Shown: positions 1-8,231 of the stretch, piece after piece
Numbering within the stretch: position 1 is the stretch's first letter
How the letters are laid out: each line of letters begins with the position of its first letter
NCBI GenBank assembly: GCA_963751425.1
Contig: CAVVUF010000004.1
Coordinates: forward strand, 572,981-636,980
Source: an uncultured Chloroflexia bacterium
GTDB lineage: Bacteria; Chloroflexota; Anaerolineae; Anaerolineales; UBA4823
Length of the DNA stretch: 64,000 nt
Direction of reading: 5' to 3'
Position numbers and translations under genes: made by a program
The notes under the pieces: model-generated
Databases searched by the model: none
What the model saw: only the letters and a program-made list of their open reading frames with translations
Told to the model about the DNA's origin: nothing

Positions 1-423
1 AAGACATTTGGTCACTAAGAAATTCTCCAAATGGGCGAAATAGATGTTGACATTGTCCAAAACAAGGATACTTAAATTCGTAAGGCATTTTCAATAACAA
101 GGACAAGATCGAAAAGCAGAATTAAGCTTATATTGGCCTGCAAAACCACTCTTTAAATGATCTGATGAATAGAGAGAAAGCTGATAAAGGCACGCCAGAG
201 TATGAGTAAACGAAAAAACAATATCAAGATCTGGACAGGATGTCAAAAATCCTTTGTAAAATATTATCCAAATCGAAGTATGATTTTTTTTGACTGCCGA
301 TAAATTGTAAGGAATGTTTTTAGAAAATCCGCAAAGATCTCAACGACTAAAGGACCAAAATATTGTTTATCATCGCGTGATTAAGCGTGACAAATTTGAA
401 AGAAGGTGTAGATTGCGGTTGAT

Positions 424-645
424 TTAACCCTTAAGATCTTCTTCATAGGATGCATGCATCAACAAAAAGCCTTTATCAAGTTTCCCTTGCAATAATGCAG
501 TCCCACCCCAAAAATAGAACATGGGGCCCTTATGAAGCTGAAAACTAAGTCTTTGTTCCGATTGTTGTATTGTTCGTAAGCGACGCTCCAAAAACCATTC
601 AGCTTCTTGATATTTACCGGCCCTAAAAAAAACATCCCAGATCAA
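424..645 (-). CDS. hypothetical protein (short ORF in the AT-rich segment)
   Basis: 73-aa ORF from the track. No motif recognised. It lies in AT-rich DNA with no other long ORFs around it. Confidence 0.2.
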   Translation of the reverse strand: MIWDVFFRAGKYQEAEWFLERRLRTIQQSEQRLSFQLHKGPMFYFWGGTALLQGKLDKGFLLMHASYEEDLKG

Positions 646-744
646 TCGTAAATTATTAAAATACCTCCCTGGTCGTCTCTGTATCTGAGTGATCCTTCAA
701 ATATTCTATATTTCATTTTTCCAAAACGAGGTAATATTTATGAT

Positions 745-1244
745 CTATAGTAAACCTAAATCATGGTTGTCTGTAAAACATCCCTCATAGAATTCATTGA
801 AGGCTTTATCTATACTATGAGAAATAGTTTCATAACCTTCTATAAGAATAATTTGAAATCGGTTAATCAATTCATTTTTCCACAATGAGATTACAACATC
901 CATTTGTGAGTTGTGCTTTTTTTTGTCTCCCCTGAGCACCTTTTTCCAAAGGGCATTTTTATTTTCTGCGAGCGAAGGTTGCTCTTTGAGATAGGCAATG
1001 GCACTAAGAGCATATGCCTTATTTTTTTTAGAATTTGTATAATTGCCTTTTGGCACACCTAAGACGGAAGGCCTTCTTCACACAAACCTAGAAATGCACT
1101 CCTTGGACACCCTTTGTTCTTGCTAGTTGAGTTTTCGCCGAAAATGGAACGAACGGCATTCTCCCATGGCACCTTTGGAGAGGCTACATTCTTGCTTTGA
1201 TATAGTTTCACGGCTTCAAAAGCTGCCAGACCGTATTTGTCCAT
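745..1244 (-). pseudogene. conserved hypothetical protein split by a frameshift (ORFs 1059-1244 and 745-1056)
   Basis: Two adjacent same-strand ORFs are separated by 2 nt in different frames. The N-terminal part ends ...KGCPRSAFLGLCEEGLPS* and the next ORF resumes (V)PKGNYTNSKKNKAYALSAI..., which reads like one protein broken at about 1056-1061. The family is not confidently recognised. Confidence 0.4.
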
Positions 1245-1344
1245 AATATCTCATCTTTACTCCAAGCCGATATCTTTTGGTTTTATGGAATTTTATTGCC
1301 ACAATTTCAACTAAATTGGCTAATAAAAGATCGCGTCCAATGAA

Positions 1345-2091
1345 CTATCCAAACCCAAACAGCCCTCCCTGCACAATCGGCGTCATATACGCGCACTGCT
1401 CCAGCGTCAGGTACATCCCATCCACCTGGTTTGTATTCATCCGGTATTCTCTTGCATGCTCTTCTGACCAGAAGAAGATTGTATTTCTTCAGTAAGCATC
1501 AATGATTGTGCGCTCGGTGAAGTGCTCCCAATCCATATCTGGCATAAACACCCAGGGCGCGGCATCCGCCTCGCACACAGTGACATGCATGCTGCTGTCG
1601 ACCGTGATGTGCATCACCTGCCCGCAGTGGCTGCATTGGGTGTGCACTTCAACCATGAGATACTCGTTTCTAAGGTTCCCTTCCACGAAGGGCGCCGCAA
1701 TGGCATCCTCCGCTCAGGCACCGTACAAACGCTCTCCTGTGCTGAAATTCAAGCGGTGCGGCGTGGGTTCCACCGTCACCGGGTAAGCCCAAAAAACCGC
1801 CCCTTGTTCATCACGTGCCAGGAAAAACAGCTTCTTTTCCAGCTCATCCAGGATCGCCTCCACGCGTTCAAGGGATATCCCCAGCTTCTCCGAGATGAAA
1901 CCAGGAGATAAAGGCTTTCCAGTATTCATCAGCTCCCTCACCGCAAAATAGCGGATTTGGTGGTGCTGCTCTGTCATAAAGCGCAGCATCTCCTGGCTGT
2001 GTTCGGGGACATGGGTCAAGTCGCTTTTCCACTGCGCCTCTGAGATTTCGAGAATTTGCTTTCCTCTCCCAAGCAAAACTTTTCCATCCAT
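1345..2091 (-). CDS. MerB-like (alkylmercury lyase family) protein with an N-terminal HTH-like region and two in-frame UGA codons (candidate Sec residues)
   Basis: A single frame is open from ATG 2091 to TAG 1345 except for TGA at 1714-1716 and TGA at 1489-1491. RBS AAGGAGG lies 8 nt upstream of the ATG. The translation is ...STGERLYGA-U-AEDAIAAPF...CSHCGQVMHITV...TIIDAY-U-RNTIFFWSEEHAREY...LTLEQCAYMTPIVQGGLF. This parallels MerB RLYAW-C96-ALD99...SSHC...LTV...SF-C159-CHVHFFAS...AEDW...VSVHEAFGLGQEF (MerB sequence recalled from memory). The ORF track shows only the 125-aa and 65-aa pieces. Confidence 0.6.
1459..1476 (-). promoter_or_regulatory. hairpin downstream of the second in-frame UGA (SECIS-like candidate with a GGUC tetraloop)
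   Basis: On the coding strand the sequence is UUCUUCU-GGUC-AGAAGAG, a 7-bp stem including one G-U pair. The GGUC loop sits at +20 to +23 after the UGA at 1489-1491. As I recall it, the E. coli fdhF SECIS has GGUC at +19 to +22. Confidence 0.5.
1678..1692 (-). promoter_or_regulatory. hairpin downstream of the first in-frame UGA (SECIS-like candidate)
   Basis: On the coding strand the sequence is CCCUUC-GUG-GAAGGG, or a 5-bp stem with loop CGUGG. It starts 22 nt after the UGA at 1714-1716. Confidence 0.35.
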
Positions 2092-2325
2092 GAAAAACGC
2101 CTCCTTAATTGATTATCGAAAGGTTACAGAAAAGGAAAAAGGGTGGAATAATCAGGTTTTTCTAGTTTGCTCTGCCTTTTCCGTATTTTCATAGCTTTTC
2201 CGACCTCTATTATCGCACTTTTCCCTTTTTTTCGCCTCTTTTGCGTCATTTCGTGTGCGTCGTGTTCCAGCTTTCTTTCGCTTATTGCGTGTTCCAGGTC
2301 CCCACACCCATCACGCATCAGATGA

Positions 2326-2352
2326 TTCACAAATCCCCCTTAGTGCTATAAT
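2326..2352 (+). promoter_or_regulatory. putative sigma70-type promoter upstream of the C1 peptidase gene
   Basis: TTCACA (2326-2331), a 15-nt spacer, then TATAAT (2347-2352). The spacer is shorter than optimal. Confidence 0.3.
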
Positions 2353-2416
2353 AAATATCACAAAAACCGTCATATTCATCAAAAAAGGAGTATTACCATG
2401 CCTGCCAAAGGAAAGT

Positions 2417-3190
2417 ATGCTCGCAGAAATCTTGAACTGCATCCCTTCAAAGGAATCCGAAAAGGATTTGATGTTTGTTAATGCCGTTGGGGCGGGTTTA
2501 TTTGCCGCCGCGCCTCCGGTACCCCCCTCCAAAGATCTACGCGAAGACTGGTGGGAGATCGGTGACCAGGGCAGCACTGGCTCTTGCGTGGGCTGGGCGA
2601 CAGCCGATTCCGTGCTCCGCTGGCACTACGTCAAGACCGGGCGGGTTGCCCAGGACGAGCACATCTCTCCACGCTTTATCTGGATGGCAGCCAAGGAAAC
2701 GGATTTGTCCCGTTCTCAGCCCACCACCTTTATCGAGCTGGAAGGCACCAGCCTGAAGGCCGCCCTGGATATTGCCCGCAAATTCGGCGCGGTGCTCGAT
2801 ACGGTGCTGCCTTTCAAATCCGGGAAGCTCTACCCCGATGAAGCCAAAACCTTCTACGCATTGGCTGCCCAATTGAAACTCTCCAGCTATTTTAACCTCA
2901 GCACCAAGCTTTCTTCCTGGCGCGCCTGGTTAGCCACCAAAGGCCCCATCCTGACCCGCCTGAACGTGGATGCCACCTGGGACAACGCCGATGCCACCCA
3001 GGGCAACCTGGATGTTTACCTGCCCGAAACCATTCGCGGCGGCCATGCCGTTGCCCTGGTAGGGTATACCCCCGACCGCTTCATCGTCCGCAACAGTTGG
3101 GGCACTGGCTGGGGTGACCAAGGCTTTGCCTATGCCTCCCAGGCTTATGCCCAGGCAGCCTTCACCGAGGCGTATGGCGTAACGATCTAA
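2417..3190 (+). CDS. papain-like cysteine peptidase (C1 family)
   Basis: Catalytic motifs are present: DQGSTGSCVGWA (Cys), GGHAVALVGY (His) and NSWGTGWGDQGFAY (Asn/Trp). Start chosen at ATG 2417 (MLAEILNCIPS...). The track ORF opens at 2255. Confidence 0.85.
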   Translation: MLAEILNCIPSKESEKDLMFVNAVGAGLFAAAPPVPPSKDLREDWWEIGDQGSTGSCVGWATADSVLRWHYVKTGRVAQDEHISPRFIWMAAKETDLSRSQPTTFIELEGTSLKAALDIARKFGAVLDTVLPFKSGKLYPDEAKTFYALAAQLKLSSYFNLSTKLSSWRAWLATKGPILTRLNVDATWDNADATQGNLDVYLPETIRGGHAVALVGYTPDRFIVRNSWGTGWGDQGFAYASQAYAQAAFTEAYGVTI

Positions 3191-3338
3191 TTAGCTGACA
3201 ATCCAATTGCGCAGTGTGCGCCCACTGCTTTGAACAGCGGTGGGCGACGCTGCGCCAACTTAAAGATTTTATCAAGCTCATGTCATTTTCCTCCACTGCT
3301 TAATATTTCATCCGCTTTTTCCGTGTCCATTATTTCCC

Positions 3339-5900
3339 CTACTTTCTCCGCTTTCTTTGTGCCGAGAACATCCTCAACTTCGCGCCCTCAGCCAACAGAA
3401 TGCTTAGCAGACCGGCAGTCCCCACCAGCCCAATTTCCCAAAGGTGCAGGGGGCCAAAGCTGAATAAGCCTCTCAAGAAGGGTATGGAAATTGCTAATCC
3501 CAGGAAAAACAGCGTCCCTAAGGTCACCCACCACAAGGCCGGGTTTGGGATGCGCAGGGTCGACAAAATCGAGCTTTTCCAGGAGCGGTTGGTGAAGATC
3601 AGCCCCAGGTTACCGAGCACCAGCGTGGTGAAGCTCATCATGCGCGCCTCGCTCTCGCCCAGCCCCTTGGATAAGACGACCGCATACACTCCCAGCGTCA
3701 GCGCCAGCACCCCCAACCCCTGGATCAACCCGATCAAAACCATTTGCCTGCCAAATAGAGGCTCACTCAGCTTGCGCGGCGGACGATCCATGATATTCTT
3801 TTCCTCTTCCTCCATCTCAAACACAATCGAGCAGGCCGGGTCGATGATCAATTCCAGGAAGAGGATATGCACCGGCAGCAGCGCCAGCGGCCACTTCAGC
3901 AGCACCGGGATCAGCGACATACCCGCAATCGGGATGTGCACCGAGAAGATAAAAGTCATGGCTTTCTTCAAATTATCGTGGATGCGCCGCCCCACCCGCA
4001 CTGCCTGGACAATGGAAGCAAAGTTATCATCCAGCAGCACCATCGCCGCCGCTTCACGCGCCACATCGGTGCCTCGCCCGCCCATGGCGATCCCGATATG
4101 CGCGGCTTTCAGCGCCGGGGCATCGTTCACGCCATCCCCGGTCATTGCCACCACCTCGCCATTGGCTTTAAGCGCCTGCACCAGGCGCAGCTTTTGTTCG
4201 GGCACAGCCCGCGCAAAGATGCAGGTGGTCTTGATGCGCTCCTTCAGATCTGCGTCGCTCATCGCGTCCAGCTCTGGTCCGGTGATGATCTGATCTGCCG
4301 GTTTTAGCCCAATCTTCTCGGCGATATTGCGCGCCGTTCCAGGATAATCGCCGGTGATCATGATGACCCGAATGCCAGCCGTGTAGCAGTCTTTCACCGC
4401 CTCCGGCACGCCCGGTCGCACCGGGTCAGCCAGTCCGAGCATGCCCAGGAATTCAAAACTGAAATCGTGCTGGGATTCTGGCAGGTCTTCATGCCTGAAT
4501 GTAGCCCGCGCCACGCCGATCACCCGCAGCCCGTGGTTGGCCATCCGGTCGATCTGCTTTTCCATCATCCTACGCTGGCTCTCGTCGAAATGGCAGAGGT
4601 CAGCCACTGCTTCGGGTGCGCCCTTAGCGGCGATAACATACTCCTGCCCATCCGGCGACTGCCAGACCCGTGACATCGCCAGCATTTCAGGCGAAAGCGG
4701 GTACTCACGCAGCAGCTTCCAATCTTTATGAATATGCTCGGTGTTTGAGAGGGTCCTCCCGCCCAATTCTTTCATCGCCTTTTCCATCGGGTCGAAAGGG
4801 TCCGTTGGGCTGGCTAAAATACTGTATTCGACAACTTCATGCAGCGTCTCAGGCAGCGTTGTGGGCGTATGCTCTACATCGAACACCTCCCCGTTTACCG
4901 CTACTTTGGTAACGGTCATCCGGTTGAGCGTCAGCGTGCCGGTTTTATCCACGCATAAGACCGTTGCCGCTCCCAGCATCTCTACTGCCGGGACGCGCCG
5001 CGTCAGCACCTGCCGTTGAGAGATGCGCCAGGCGCCCAACGCCAGGAAGATTGTCAGCACCACTGGAAACTCTTCCGGCAGCGTTGCCATCGCCAGGGTG
5101 ATCCCTGCCAGGAACCCCTCCAGCCAGTTGCCGCGCGTCAAGCCGAAGACAACCACGACGATGATGCACACGCTCACACCCAGGATCGCGAAGTTGCGCA
5201 CAATTTTGCCGGTCTGCCGTTGTAGATCTGTGTCCTCCGGTTCCAGGATTTGCAGCGCCTTGCCGATCTTGCCGATCTCGGTGCGCGGCCCGGTGGCATG
5301 CACCCGGGCAATTCCCTGTCCCTTGACCACCAGGGTACCTGAATAGATGAACGGCAAATCATCACCGCCTGGACGCACCATCCCTTGCTGCCCATCCCAG
5401 GCATTTTTCCGCACCGGGATCGATTCCCCCGTCAGCAGGGACTCGTCGACACTCAGGTTGTTCCCGGTGAGTAATGTCGCATCTGCCGGAACGCGGTCCC
5501 CTTCTGCGATCAGCACAATATCATCCCTCACCACTTCCCGCCCTGCAATCCGTTTTTGAGCGCCATCTCGGATCACCAGTGCGCGTGGGCTGGAAAGATC
5601 GCGCAAAGCTTCTAAGGCGCGCTCTGTCTTCTGCTCCTGGTAGACCGTGATACCGATGATGACAAATACAAACCCCAGCAGCATCAGCGCCTCTTCTGGG
5701 TCGCCCAGCGCCAGGTATAGACCGCCGCATATGATCAGCAGCATGAACATTGGCTCGCGGATAATTTCCCACAAGAGATGGAAAAAGGAGCGCTTCTTCG
5801 AAGAAGGCAGCTCATTAAAGCCATCTTGCGCCAGGCGTTCGAAAGCTTCTGGCTCAGTCAAACCTTGAAGATTGGTTTCATCAAAATCTGCGGTCATCAT
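3339..5900 (-). CDS. cation-transporting P-type ATPase, P2 (Ca2+/PacL-like) type
   Basis: 853 aa. Motifs TGES, DKTGTLT, TGDGVNDAPALK and the TM4 PEEFP (PEGL-like) motif are present. There is no CPC motif or N-terminal heavy-metal domain. Confidence 0.95.
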   Translation of the reverse strand: MMTADFDETNLQGLTEPEAFERLAQDGFNELPSSKKRSFFHLLWEIIREPMFMLLIICGGLYLALGDPEEALMLLGFVFVIIGITVYQEQKTERALEALRDLSSPRALVIRDGAQKRIAGREVVRDDIVLIAEGDRVPADATLLTGNNLSVDESLLTGESIPVRKNAWDGQQGMVRPGGDDLPFIYSGTLVVKGQGIARVHATGPRTEIGKIGKALQILEPEDTDLQRQTGKIVRNFAILGVSVCIIVVVVFGLTRGNWLEGFLAGITLAMATLPEEFPVVLTIFLALGAWRISQRQVLTRRVPAVEMLGAATVLCVDKTGTLTLNRMTVTKVAVNGEVFDVEHTPTTLPETLHEVVEYSILASPTDPFDPMEKAMKELGGRTLSNTEHIHKDWKLLREYPLSPEMLAMSRVWQSPDGQEYVIAAKGAPEAVADLCHFDESQRRMMEKQIDRMANHGLRVIGVARATFRHEDLPESQHDFSFEFLGMLGLADPVRPGVPEAVKDCYTAGIRVIMITGDYPGTARNIAEKIGLKPADQIITGPELDAMSDADLKERIKTTCIFARAVPEQKLRLVQALKANGEVVAMTGDGVNDAPALKAAHIGIAMGGRGTDVAREAAAMVLLDDNFASIVQAVRVGRRIHDNLKKAMTFIFSVHIPIAGMSLIPVLLKWPLALLPVHILFLELIIDPACSIVFEMEEEEKNIMDRPPRKLSEPLFGRQMVLIGLIQGLGVLALTLGVYAVVLSKGLGESEARMMSFTTLVLGNLGLIFTNRSWKSSILSTLRIPNPALWWVTLGTLFFLGLAISIPFLRGLFSFGPLHLWEIGLVGTAGLLSILLAEGAKLRMFSAQRKRRK

Positions 5901-5938
5901 TCACAAAAACTCCTAAAAGACGATATTTTTAATTCGGA

Positions 5939-6370
5939 TCAATCAATGCAACCCATACAATGCCAGAAAAGATGGCTTGACCCCGCCGCACCTGGAATAT
6001 GCGCGCAAATCAAAACATTCCTTGCCGGTAAGCTCGCTGCTGCGAGCCAGCCCGCAGGCCAGGTTATTGACTTTTCGGCGGAGGGGTTATTGGAGAAGGA
6101 AAGTGTGATAGAATCTGGAAGATGCGTGGATATCCTCGCCAGGACATCCACAGCTTGTGTATTCCCAGAGCCTGTTTTCGCCAGGACGAAATCATCTTCA
6201 TGCTCATCGAAATGTGAATGTCCTGGAAATCCCCCTGATCCGATGTTGTGGTGGTCGTTTTCCCATAAGATGACAGGATCTGCCAGTACACACAGTGCAA
6301 TACTGCACAAGCATAGGCTGAGAATAACTATATTGCTTTTCAGCAGAAGGTTTTCCCGTTTCTTACCCAT
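5939..6370 (-). CDS. hypothetical secreted/membrane-anchored His/Asp-rich protein
   Basis: 143-aa ORF. The N-terminus has a hydrophobic segment (IVILSLCLCSIALCVLA) followed by DHHNIGSGGFPGHSHFDEHEDD. It lies directly upstream of, and co-directional with, the P-type ATPase. No family recognised. Confidence 0.3.
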   Translation of the reverse strand: MGKKRENLLLKSNIVILSLCLCSIALCVLADPVILWENDHHNIGSGGFPGHSHFDEHEDDFVLAKTGSGNTQAVDVLARISTHLPDSITLSFSNNPSAEKSITWPAGWLAAASLPARNVLICAHIPGAAGSSHLFWHCMGCID

Positions 6371-6436
6371 ATTTTACGAGTTTCATGCCCTGTTTAGATA
6401 AAGCGATAATAAGATCATCCACCGGTATGTTATCAT

Positions 6437-6472
6437 ATACAAACAATTGAACAAAGGTTCAATCGTTTGTAT
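6437..6472. promoter_or_regulatory. 16-bp inverted repeat (candidate operator)
   Basis: ATACAAACAATTGAAC-aaag-GTTCAATCGTTTGTAT, with 15 of 16 positions complementary. It lies in the AT-rich divergent intergenic region between 5939-6370 (-) and 6702-8231 (+). Confidence 0.4.
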
Positions 6473-6701
6473 TATAAATTATCTTAGAAATGATGTCAAT
6501 CATTTTTTCGCCTACCTCTTTTCATGTGCTTTACCTTAAAAAAATTCCCAAGACCGCCCACCTTTGTTCATCTTAGTTTTTTCTGGAATCAAGATTGCCC
6601 AAAAACCCTCCCCGTGCTAAACTTTACAAGTATCTATTCGAAAAATGGGCATTTCAAGAATTTTCGGATAGGTTCTCAATATCTGCTCCAGGAAGGGATC
6701 T

Positions 6702-8231
6702 ATGAACGTTATCATCATTGGCTCTGGTCTGGCTGGATTGACCGCTGGTGCTGCGCTTGCCAAAGCCGGGCACCAGGTTAACATCTTCGAACAATATTCT
6801 CAGACTGGCGGTGTCACCGCTCCCTATGAAAAAGAAGGCTTCCGCTGGGATTTAGGCCAGCTGCTCATTGAAGGCCTGGGACCAGATGAACCTCTCGGGG
6901 GTATCCTGGCAGAGCTGGGTGTGTTGGGCAAAATCCAGGTCAAGGTCGATGAGCGCCGCTATGTCTTTCCAGATTTCGAGATCAACAAGCCCAAGGATTA
7001 TGCCGGTTTACGCTGGCGCATCGACTACCTGAAGGCGCAGTTCCCCGAAGACGCGGCTGGTTTGGAGCGCTACTGGAAAGACTATCTGCGCTTCACAGGC
7101 CTCATGACCATCGGCCGCCGCCTGGAGCAGACTGCGGGCCTATCGGCATATTTTTTGAAAGCGCGCCTGTTCCTCAAGTTATTGCCTCTCCTCTCCAAGA
7201 AGGATTGGAGCGCAAAGCAGCTCATGGATGATTATTTTAAGTCTGAAAAGCTCAAATGCGTCTTCACTTCCATCCTGGCCGATTTTTTCACCCCTCCCAG
7301 CCAGTTCATTGGGTTGGGCGTTTTCGCCCTAAATCCCGAAGTCTCCTTTGATAAACGCATGCCCCGTCAATTGGCAAAGGATACCGAGCAGCTTTATTAT
7401 TACAGCATCCTGGGAGGTATCCATACCCTCGTCAAAGCCCTGGTTGAAACCATCCAGGCTCAAGGCGGTCAGATCTATACCAGTCGCCCGGTTGCCCAGA
7501 TTATCCTCCAGAATGGCCGCGCCGCAGAAGTCGTAGACCGGGATGGGAAACGGACCCCCGCCGATGTTGTCATCGCTTCAGGGGGAGCAAAGGAAACCTT
7601 CTTTGACCTGGTGGGTGAGGAAAACCTGCCAGCAGAATTTGCTGCCCAGCTCCAGACCATTCCCTTGATGGACTCGGTTTTCATGGTGCATCTCGGATTG
7701 GATTTCGATCCTGCTCCCTACGTCCGAGGTGTGTGTACTTATTATTACGGTACTTATGACATTGAAGGAGGCATTGTTGAGAACCGCCAGGGTCTCTATC
7801 ACGAAGGTCGCTCTGGCTTTGTCGTCCATGTCCCCACCAACCATTCTCCCTCCATGGCCCCCACCGGCCGGCATGCGATGACCATTTACACCATCTGTCC
7901 CGATCAGCTCCAACAAGGCACCTGGGCGGAACGGAAAGAAGAGTATGCGGACAAGCTGATCCAATATGCTGAAGCGCATATCCCCGGTCTGAGCCAGCAC
8001 ATCCGGGTCGCAGAGATCCTCACCCCCGAGGATTTCCGCCTGCGCACCCACACCAAACACCACGCCTTCGGAGGCATTGCCCCCGTGATGGGCTCCTGGC
8101 GTGTACCCCACCAGACCCCCATCCAAGGATTGTGGTTTGTAGGGGCTCAAAGTGAAAGTGGCGGCGGGGTAAATAATGTCATTCCCGGCGCCTACAAAAC
8201 CGCGCAGGCCATCCTCAAAGCTAACGCCTGA
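6702..8231 (+). CDS. phytoene desaturase (CrtI)-family NAD(P)/FAD-dependent oxidoreductase
   Basis: 509 aa. The N-terminal dinucleotide-binding fold is VIIIGSGLAGLTAGAALAKAGHQVNIFEQ. Overall length and pattern are CrtI-like. Confidence 0.8.
   Translation: MNVIIIGSGLAGLTAGAALAKAGHQVNIFEQYSQTGGVTAPYEKEGFRWDLGQLLIEGLGPDEPLGGILAELGVLGKIQVKVDERRYVFPDFEINKPKDYAGLRWRIDYLKAQFPEDAAGLERYWKDYLRFTGLMTIGRRLEQTAGLSAYFLKARLFLKLLPLLSKKDWSAKQLMDDYFKSEKLKCVFTSILADFFTPPSQFIGLGVFALNPEVSFDKRMPRQLAKDTEQLYYYSILGGIHTLVKALVETIQAQGGQIYTSRPVAQIILQNGRAAEVVDRDGKRTPADVVIASGGAKETFFDLVGEENLPAEFAAQLQTIPLMDSVFMVHLGLDFDPAPYVRGVCTYYYGTYDIEGGIVENRQGLYHEGRSGFVVHVPTNHSPSMAPTGRHAMTIYTICPDQLQQGTWAERKEEYADKLIQYAEAHIPGLSQHIRVAEILTPEDFRLRTHTKHHAFGGIAPVMGSWRVPHQTPIQGLWFVGAQSESGGGVNNVIPGAYKTAQAILKANA

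Noticed and set aside
1-744. Prophage, defence-system or IS remnant in the AT-rich edge
   Set aside because: No integrase, transposase, nuclease or other recognisable motif appears in any frame. Only composition and broken ORFs support foreign origin, so it is reported only as a compositional observation.
3219-3246. Hairpin CGCCCACTGC-N8-GCGGTGGGCG between the convergent C1 peptidase and ATPase genes as a terminator
   Set aside because: A 10-bp stem (one G-U pair) is present, but there is no U-tract on either strand. It may still function, but I cannot support a terminator call.
3339-5900. P-type ATPase as a mercury/heavy-metal exporter functionally linked to the MerB-like gene
   Set aside because: It has the P2-type TM4 motif (PEEFP, PEGL-like). 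It lacks a CPC/CPH motif and an N-terminal CxxC metal-binding domain. It is a Ca2+/cation-type pump. No merA, merR, merT or merP genes are in the window.
5778-6401. 207-aa plus-strand ORF overlapping the ATPase start and the 5939-6370 ORF
   Set aside because: It begins inside the ATPase coding region on the opposite strand. It has no RBS or motif, and its composition is unprotein-like. It is treated as spurious.
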